Positions 54,898 to 64,000 of a stretch of DNA of 64,000 bases are shown one piece after another. How positions within the stretch are numbered: position 1 is the stretch's first letter; each line of letters begins with the position of its first letter. Below the pieces are notes generated by a model. That model was given only the letters and a program-made list of their open reading frames with translations, ran no database searches and was not told the origin of the DNA. Made by a program: the position numbers and the translations under genes. The stretch is taken from contig NC_043004.1 in assembly GCF_006345805.1 (NCBI RefSeq), positions 29,450,001-29,514,000 of the forward strand, in the 5' to 3' direction. The DNA is from Octopus sinensis. Taxonomy: Eukaryota.

Positions 54898-55312
54898 TAT
54901 ATATGGTTACATGACGTCACAAAACGTAAACTACATGAAATACGAAGGAAAACTTGGGTATGCGAACAACGACAGAAACAAATGGAGAACAAGACAAGAA
55001 ACATAAAGAACGACCTTTCATTAGTTGTCGGCTGTTCATCTACTCCACATTTCGAGCAATTAACGACAGTCCGCCGCAAATCCCAAATTTCATTTTGGTT
55101 CGCGGGAGCAACTGTTTTTCGAAGCCTCATTTTGTCGTTAATTGCTCGAAATGTGGAGTAGATGAACAGCCGACAACTGATGAAGAAGGGTCGTTCTTTA
55201 TGTCTCTTGTCTTGTTTTCCATTTGTTCCTGTCGATGATCGCATACCCAAGTTTGCCTTCGTATTTCGTAATTCATATTGTTTACGTTTTGTGACGCCTT
55301 GTACCCATATAT
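54898..55312. repeat. Large hairpin: arms of about 170-180 bp, 64-bp loop, ending in (TA)n
   Basis: 54898-55068 is the reverse complement of 55133-55312. Confidence 0.9.
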
Positions 55313-55360
55313 GCATATATATATATATATGCATATATGAATACATTTATGTGCATACTT

Positions 55361-55454
<94 letters not shown>

Positions 55455-55723
55455 TATTAAAAAGAAGTTTGAAAATGTCACTATATTTTAATTTTATGAG
55501 AGATTTTACATGTTTCGGTTCTTCTTGAAAAAACGAACCTTATCAAAAATATGTATTTTTAAAAGTTAAGTGTAATAAAAGAAAAGTTCATAATTATTCT
55601 TACTAGTCTCAACAGAGTCCACGTGGTGGTGTTTTGTGTGGGGGAATATAATGGCTGTCTTGTGCGTTGACTAGAATCGTTGGCTGTAATATTTACTGAA
55701 ACAAGTAAAAGCGTAAAGAGAGA

Positions 55724-55769
<46 letters not shown>

Positions 55770-56539
55770 GAGATACACACACATACGAGGTGTGGCTTAT
55801 TGATCATAACATAAGCAACGTTTAGAACTCCATGTATTTAACGTGGAGTAAATACCTTATTATTCTATGCTCCTTTTTCAAGTACGATTCTGGCATTTCA
55901 TATAAAAAGAGTACAAATGTCAAACAAGCCTGGAAATTAAATTTCTTCGTTGTACTGAATAAATATATAAATGAGGTAAATATTTACGAAAACCTTTGAG
56001 CAATGTAGGTGAAGAGTTAAGCCAAATAAGTAAGGTGACCTATTTAAATGAAAACAAAACCGTGTCAGAGAGAAAATTCCTCTTCCAGATAGAAAGAAGA
56101 GAATAATCAGAGAGTTCGAAGAAATATATAGCTATCGGCAGACCATTCTATTTTTACATTTTACGCACACTCACAGATATATATATATATATATATATTA
56201 TTATTATTATTATATTATATATATATATGTATTTGTGTGTGTGTATATATATATGTATATATATATATATTCTTTTATTCTTTTATACGTTTCAGCTCTG
56301 AGGCTGTGGCTGTGCTGTATATAAATGCAAAAAGTAAAACAAAATTAATTTTTGTATATTGAATATATACCCTTTTGAGTTGTGAAAGGTTTCCTTTGCC
56401 ATATTAAGTGTTTACTGAAAAACCAGTGGAAAATTGGATGTTTTCCCATCCCTATAAAGGAAACTGCTTTTCCTTGTATTAGATTTTAATATATATGTAT
56501 GTATATATATGCATATATATATATGTATATATATATATG

Positions 56540-56652
<113 letters not shown>

Positions 56653-56786
56653 ACGTAAAGGCTCCTTCATTATTTTGTCAAATGACAAAAACGCTGATTA
56701 ATGAATATCGATAATATGGTTGAAAGCAAATACTTCAGAGGAACATATATTTATATATATTAGATATAGATATATATATATGTATG

Positions 56787-56890
<104 letters not shown>

Positions 56891-57032
56891 ATTTTATTTA
56901 TTAGGGAATAAAAATTCCGGTATCACAGGGGTTCAAATTATTCTCCATGAGGAAATATATATGTTTTTTAGAGATAGTAGTCTCCATCATCACACCATAT
57001 AAAAGAATTTTAATTTAATACTTACAACTCAT

Positions 57033-57136
57033 CTCTCTGCTACACGTGTTTCTTGGGGTTCTATTACGGTTCCTTAAGCACGCAGTGTTTTACAGGAACC
57101 TTTCTTAAAATGTAACCCCAAACATCAGGTCTCTAA
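57033..57136 (-). ncRNA. Hammerhead motif (family C), core-mutated copy
   Basis: CUGAUGU (A9U) with perfect stem II UUGGGGUU/AACCCCAA, then GAAA-CACGUG-UA. Confidence 0.45.
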
Positions 57137-57616
57137 ATAACTTTATCATAGTTCGATACCAAATACTATATTTTAATTTTAATAGATAAGTATGCGTATG
57201 TGTAAATCGGTTCGCCGGACCTTACTGTGCAAGCCATAATTTAATTCAAATAAAGTTAATAAAAATAAAAAATAGAAAATAAGAAATTTACAAAAACTAA
57301 ATTCTCACGTAACCTATGTCTGTAAACATTCATATAAAATTAATAATATGTAGGGGTAAAAATAAAAATAAAATATATACTTGTGATGATATAATAATGA
57401 AAGCAATGACAAATAAATATATTCGAATAAAAACTAAGTGGACATACACAAGTACGAATGACAAAATCCAGAAAGAAAATTTACAAATGATAAAATTTAA
57501 AAATTTACAAAGTAAAAATTAGAGCTTAATAACTTAAGAGCAACGTAACCTATTTACACATACTTATCTGTTAAAATTAAAATATAGTATTTGGTATCGA
57601 ACTATGATAAAGTTAT

Positions 57617-57720
57617 TTAGAGGCCTGATGATTGGGGTTACATTTTAAGAAAGGTTCCTGTAAAACACTGCGTGATTAAGGAACCGTAAAAAAACCTCAA
57701 GAAACACGTGTAGCAGAGAA
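57617..57720 (+). ncRNA. Type I hammerhead ribozyme motif (family C)
   Basis: CUGAUGA 57625-31, stem II UUGGGGUU/AACCUCAA (8 bp) with inner GGUUCCU/AGGAACC helix, GAAA 57701-04, palindromic ACACGUGU, GUA cut after 57712; stem I weak. Confidence 0.6.
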
Positions 57721-57794
57721 ATGAGTAGTAAGTATTAAATTTAAATTCTTTTATATGGTGTGATGATGGGGACTACTATCTCTAAATAACATAT

Positions 57795-57924
<130 letters not shown>

Positions 57925-60814
57925 TATATATTATAGCTATGCTTCGACAGTTGGGAAAGTAAGTTACAACTGTTAAGAGATTATTTTATTTAAAAATTGA
58001 GAGAAACTACTGATGCTGCTATTTGTTGTTTTTGTCTTCTAATTTCAAGAATAATTTCATTTAATATAAGTTCTTCAGCTCACTCTTGTCATATTTTATT
58101 GTATGTATATTTAGCATGCAAAACGTTCCTCTGAACTATTTGTTTTCAGCCATATTATCGATATTCATTAATCAGCGTTACTACGTTCCTTCAATTTTTA
58201 TATACACTGATCATCTCTAACTCTGTTTTGTGAACAATTCTTTTGTGTCATTTTACAAAACAATGAAAGGGCCCTTACGTAGTATCATTCGATCTACTAG
58301 AAAAAAAAACAAGGATATTTCCCTGAAATCACTGAAAGTCACCCAAAAAATTCTGTATGTAGGGATCGCTTCTGTCCTCAGGGGATACACTTAATCTCTT
58401 GCTATATTTAACAACAACACCACCTGACCCCTAGGTGCCGTTAACCGAGTCCTCATTGTTTCAAGTATAACTTCCTCTCTCCTTCCCACAAGCCCTGGAT
58501 GATGCACTACTAAAGGTCATATGTACTGTTCTTCCACTACAGTCTCAGTCACCAAAAATAAAATTATATTTCCTAGCCCAGATTTGATTTGTTTTTACTT
58601 GAGGTCAGCTCATCGGTCACCGACATATAGGTCAGCTGTCTTCACTAATCTACATATAATATAATCTATTGATTATATTTAGAGGAATCAATCCCTCTGC
58701 AGATCAATTATTAATCTTTTCTTTGTAACAATTATTCGTGTGATTGGACATAAGAAATCAATAAGTCGATATTCAATGAACCTTTTTAATTATATTAAAC
58801 TCCAGTATTAATCCTTCTGTTGCATCATTAATTTGGTTTCAAATCTCAGATTTTTCAAGAAGGAGAAACTTTGTAGAGTTTCTTATTATCTTTGGCTGAA
58901 GTTTCTTCGACTCCTTATTAACTATCATTGCTAATTTTACATTGAAATTACTCTTCATTATTTACGATGTTATAAATAATTTCATTTGTGCATAAGAATT
59001 TAAACAATTCCAAATTCTAGTGTTTCTATATGCTGATTTCTGTTTGACGTGTATTAATGTCACTTCCTTATTTTTTCTCTTTATGATCTGTATTTCTGTT
59101 CTTTCACTGAGGTTTTCAAGTAATTGGAATTTACTTGCCACGCACATATATGTAGAACACTGGTACAAAATGTTAACGTTCCACAAAAAGCATGAATTTT
59201 AGAAGTCAACTTAATAGCTTAGAATGAAAGCACACTCTAAATTATAAGTCTTTAAACATTATAAATAAGCTTTACACAAGTTGTCTCGACTAGTACTTCT
59301 AAGACTATTGCGAGTCCAGGCAAATGGAAAGAATTTGAAGGTTGTGCTGAATAACGTTCAATGAAACTGTATTGTCTAAAGTAAGAAAACACTGCCGAAA
59401 CTTTGTGAATACAGACTGGTTCGTTTCCATTCTTTACTAAAAAATGCTGGAATCCCTACATTTAGTTACCAAAATTACCTGCTGTTCTAATTGAACTCCT
59501 CCTTACCGTTTTTTTTCTTTATCCTTGGGCTTCTACCAACAGGTTATTGATTTATTCATGAGAACTAGAATGTGCTTCAACTACAACAACTTCTTTGTTG
59601 GAAATCTTAAGGCTTGAACCTTAATTCACCGAACTTGCCAAAGGGCGATACGGTTGTTACATTAACGACAATGTCGGTGCCACCCCTTACCTGCAAACTG
59701 TTCAACGACTTCATTCCTTTTGTCGACCTCTTTCATCCTGCCCTAAACTTCAGATCTACCATTTTGTTATTTCTCTACACATCGTCAATACTGACCATAC
59801 CAACTTCTTTCCCTCGTTCTTTTACAAACCCAGATTAATTACAGATAATAATAGTCCAGCCTGGGCATTCATTCCCTCCATTTTAAACTACAAAGAACAC
59901 AAAATAATTCAATATAGTCTACATGCACAGCGAAACAAAAATGCTAAAATTGAAAGATCAGCTGGCCAGCGTTTCTGCTGTTGGTTTTAACTCCCACAGT
60001 CCCTGTCGCAACGTAAAAAGTCACTTCCAAACTCGCAGATATATATGCAGCATCCGCAGAACTATTGTAACAACATGCTAGAAACACTATCCCTTCCATA
60101 CAAATTGGACAAGCAGAAAGAACACAATGACTTGAGCTGCTCACCACAACCAATAAATGCAGAGGAGCAGCAACTATCATGCTCTGACTTCCATCGGAAC
60201 AGAAGGGAAAGTGGAACGAGTGCAAACTATGTCCAAACTACCACACTACACCCTATATGATTCATCGCTTAATATCGCTATGTGCAGTAGACCCCTAGGT
60301 TAGACGAAGGCATGGCTGAACTACCAAGACGGATGATGGGTCTATGGATTGCACCTCCTCATTCTCCTGGCTACTTGTGTGCTAGGACTGATCTGAAGCT
60401 TTACAACAACAGCAACAACAAACCCTGATTTCTACTTCTAACTTCATCCCTCTTCATTTACACCAAATCTGTTAGATTATCCGCTTTCGCAGTTCCTTCC
60501 CTGCCTTACCTTTATAGACAGGATTCCGACTTAGATGCCCGGTTGCACCAAAATGTCTGCCACGTCACACAACCTGGTTATATTGCCTTCCTTTTCTCTT
60601 ACATTGTCGAATGCATCTTCATCCTCGTATCTTCTATCCACCCTATACTTAATTGGTTTTCCTTTCTTTTATCTTCCATCCTGATATCTTATCTATCCAA
60701 CATGCTGTCCTTATATCTGATCCCGCTACTTTCTACATTTCCACTAAGCTCATTCTCTCTCCCTCTCTCTCTCTCTATATATATATATAACTTTCTATCT
60801 ATATATTATCTATA

Positions 60815-60900
<86 letters not shown>

Positions 60901-61040
60901 TTTCTATCTATATATATATATATAAATTCAGATGAATATGGTACTTAAGTTGAGGCACCAGAATTTAGTACAGTATTATCCATACTATTTCAAAATTAGG
61001 TGATTAAAATCAAAATAAGCAACAAGGATATCCAGAGGTA

Positions 61041-61134
61041 ATGCAGTACGATCGTTTCATGCGACTCCATTTAATTGAACACTGCAATCATTTCATTACA
61101 TCAATTTAAAATGTAGACCAATCTTCAGCTGCAT
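61041..61134 (-). ncRNA. Type I hammerhead ribozyme motif (family A), best-preserved core
   Basis: AUGCAG-CUGAAGA-stem II-GAAA-C-GAUC-G-UA/CUGCAU; perfect 6-bp stem I and palindromic GAUC loop. Confidence 0.65.
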
Positions 61135-61198
61135 CCTCTTGGAGATTTTAGGTAAATTTATACTGTGTCCTTCTAATTTAATTAAATTCTATGTCTTT

Positions 61199-61292
61199 GT
61201 GCAGCAGAAGATTGCTCTACATTTTAAATTGATGTAATGAAATGATTGCATTGTTCAATTAAATGGAGTCGCATGAAACGATCGTACTGCAT
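61199..61292 (+). ncRNA. Hammerhead motif (family A), U4A core-mutated copy
   Basis: GUGCAG-CAGAAGA...GAAA(61275-78)-C-GAUC-G-UA/CUGCAU. Confidence 0.5.
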
Positions 61293-61322
61293 TACCTCTG
61301 GATATCCTTGTTGATTATTTTG

Positions 61323-61361
<39 letters not shown>

Positions 61362-61749
61362 CTATCTATCTATCTATCTTCCTTCAGATGCGACAATAAA
61401 TGCGTAACATTCTTAGCCTTAGTTCATTCCTCTTTCACTACGGACAGCTTGTACCCTTAGCCTGCTCCCACTGAAACACAAATCTTTCATCCAGTACCGC
61501 CACATTACACAGCCTTGCTCTTCCTTTCATGTCACCAAGCATTTCACTTGTATCACCATGAACATTATTTCCTGAACAAAATTCCGGTTTTGTAAATTAC
61601 TATATATATACACATACAAAAATACACACACACAGACAAACAGACAGACGTTTCAATATCCGACGTGTCAGCAGCGAGCTCCCCAAGAAGCACTCTCTAC
61701 CTGATGACCTTCCATACAACCGCATAACTAACTGCCGGACTAATATACC

Positions 61750-62640
61750 TTAAAGTTGGATGTGAAAAGCCCAGCATACCGAAAAAGTGAGCATGGGTAT
61801 GTTTCCCGAATACTTGAAGATGACAGTAATATCGACATGAAATGCAGTCTCATTTGGGCTCCTGACCGCTACATCGCATCACATTTTGAAGGCTATGCAT
61901 TTGCAATCCGAAAACAGGAGATTTCTACAAAATACCTAATAAACAAGAGACAGTGAGACCCTTGGAGCTCCAAGATGCAACCGTAAATGTAGTTTCCGTG
62001 GAAGTAGCCGCCCAAAAATGTAATCAAAGTACTACCTCCCCTTGTGGCACGATGTTGCCGCAAATGCAATATACAATGCAATTCGGAAAAAAAAATCTGT
62101 TCTCGAATAAATATAGAGAATCCCCCTTTTATTTTGAATACGTACACAAACACAACACAGGTAATATTGGTGGAACATTTCCATCAAAACATTTGTCAAG
62201 TACAAACGTAACAGGCCGGGTATTGTTTGGGATAGGCAAGAAAAATTACGTACCGTCGTAGAGGTCAGCAATCCTGCTGATGTGAGTATCTCTTTAAAAA
62301 TCAAAGAGAAAGAGGATAACTATGAACAACTGCTTAGGAACCTCCAGTTTCTATATCCAGATTACAAATCCATATTTATACCAATGATAACTGGTGCATT
62401 AGTTTTGTGAGTAAATGCCTAAGCGACAACCTGGATAAGTTGGGGGTTTTCGGAAAAAGAATCCAACCAACTAACTCGCACATTACAAATGCAATCTGTA
62501 AGTGGAACTGTAAAATTATGCAAAACTGTCCTAAAATTTAAAATGTGATATTATTTTTATTATCTACATTTCAACGATGGATCTTTGTATCTTTGTTAGA
62601 AACTAGATCCTTCCTCAGAGGAAGAATTTGAATAATTACA
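61750..62640 (+). mobile_element. Decayed RLE-type LINE 3' fragment (R4-like, distinct family)
   Basis: EGYAFAIRKQEISTKYL, LPPCGTM/RHDVAA region, YWWNISIK, RP..VV..VEVSNPAD, LQFLYPDYK..PMITGAL; stop at 62546-62548. Confidence 0.7.
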
Positions 62641-62660
62641 AACAGAAGAAATACATACAT

Positions 62661-62729
<69 letters not shown>

Positions 62730-62760
62730 GAAAACGTGATATTATTTTACAGGAATTTAT

Positions 62761-63252
62761 TCCAGTAGATCCAACAACATGATAGTCTGACCTGCAAGAA
62801 ATAACAGCTAAATCACCCTCAAATTACACCCTATTATTCTAAACACAAGGACGAACGCATCTGATAATATAGTCCCAAGTACACTTATGAATAATAGATT
62901 AAGATAGGTGCTTACAGCCTGATATCTTTGATCATAAATCTTGGCTGATCTTGCAACAACAACAACAAACAGCAACGACAATAGAACAATTCCTGTTTAA
63001 CAGTCCAGTAGATCCAACAACATGATAGTCTGACCTGCAAGAAATAACATAACACGCTAAATCACCCTCAAATTACACCCTATTATTCTAAACACAAGGA
63101 CGAACGCATCTGATAATATAGTCCCAAGTACACTTATGAATAATAGATTAAGATAGGTGCTTACAGCCTGATATCTTTGATCATAAATCTTGGCTGATCT
63201 TGCAACAACAACAACAACAGCAACGACAATAGCAACAATTCCTGTTTAACAG
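62761..63252. repeat. Near-identical tandem duplication of a unit of about 243-249 bp
   Basis: 62761-63003 is repeated at 63004-63252 with only small indels. Confidence 0.93.
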
Positions 63253-63868
63253 TAATTAGTTTCTTACGGGTTGGGAGTATATTACTATTTAGACGTGGTG
63301 GTCAAATGACCATCTCTACTTTTCTGAATGTCTCAGTGACATAAATGAAGCTTTTCCAGTGAGAAATCGAACCAGCAGCCGGCAATTTACTACTACACAA
63401 CGGTACTGCTGACGCTATGTCGATTTGTTCGACTAAAACCCTTCAAGGCGGTGCCCCATCATGGCCGCAGCCAAATGACTGAAACAAATAAGAAAAAAAT
63501 CTACTTTTCACTCTTTAATAAACTTTAATGATGTTCCTATTCTGTACCTGTTCAATCTTCATCGGCTTTACAAACCTCCAGCACAAAATTAGAATATTTC
63601 TTGACTCCCACCTCAAAAGAAAACTCAATAACAGGAACAACAACAGAAGCTCTGTCAACTCAGTTACTAATATCAACAACAATAACTACACAATTCTCAA
63701 GAGAACAAATTATAAATTCGTCTTCTAAAGAAATATTCTCTCTTTGATCCTCAGTGCAACGTTTTTCAATGTGATTACAAATTTAGTGTATTTTCACCAA
63801 CCACACATATGTTAAGTGTTTCGTTTATTTCTACCGGCTACATCTGACTATTTTGACTGAAATAATCT

Positions 63869-64000
63869 TTTCTATTCTAGGCACAAAGCCCGAAATTTTG
63901 GGGGAGGGGTGGGGAGCCAATCGATTAGATCGACCCCAGTACGCAACTGGTACTTAATTTATCGACCCCGAAAGGATGAAAGGCAAAGTCGACCTCGGTG
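63869..64000 (-). mobile_element. SINE family I-related copy, truncated by the window edge
   Basis: TCGACCCCGAAAGGATGAAAGGCAAAGTCGACCTCGG matches 521-558; tail type as at 33979. Confidence 0.88.

Larger units (their letters stand above)
60925..61326. mobile_element. HHR family A hairpin element
   Basis: 61007-61134 is the reverse complement of 61199-61326; the left arm carries an extra 82 bp or so. (TA)n on both flanks. Confidence 0.88.
59600..61470 (+). mobile_element. Fragmented, decayed PLE (RT about 59600-59960; later fragments about 60430-60720 and 61390-61470)
   Basis: YGCYINDNVGAT, FIPFVDLFHPALNF, FYKP and terminal F.FHYGQLVPL resemble PLE RT and GIY-YIG C-terminal motifs; interrupted by other repeats. 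Confidence 0.5.

Overview
Eukaryotic, AT-rich, microsatellite-dense window with no identifiable host protein-coding gene. The SINE families present point to an octopus (cephalopod) genome; this is an inference from recognising those repeats. Almost all explainable sequence is mobile DNA: (1) a nest of at least three families of R4/Dong-type non-LTR retrotransposons (RT, CCHC knuckle, restriction-like endonuclease) abutting (AAT)n tracts, including one near full-length but disrupted copy at 7308-11172; (2) several tRNA-derived SINE families; (3) Tx1-like and other LINE fragments, Tc1/mariner derivatives and a non-autonomous Helitron; (4) several decayed Penelope-like element (PLE) fragments. 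The most interesting signal is a set of four unrelated sequence families carrying type I hammerhead ribozyme (HHR) folds (CUGANGA...GAAA...UH). Most sit in large head-to-head inverted repeats next to (TA)n, and one locus has a retrozyme-like HHR-536 nt-HHR tandem plus a fold-back arm. All folds were derived by eye, ribozyme activity is untested, and coordinates of decayed elements are approximate.
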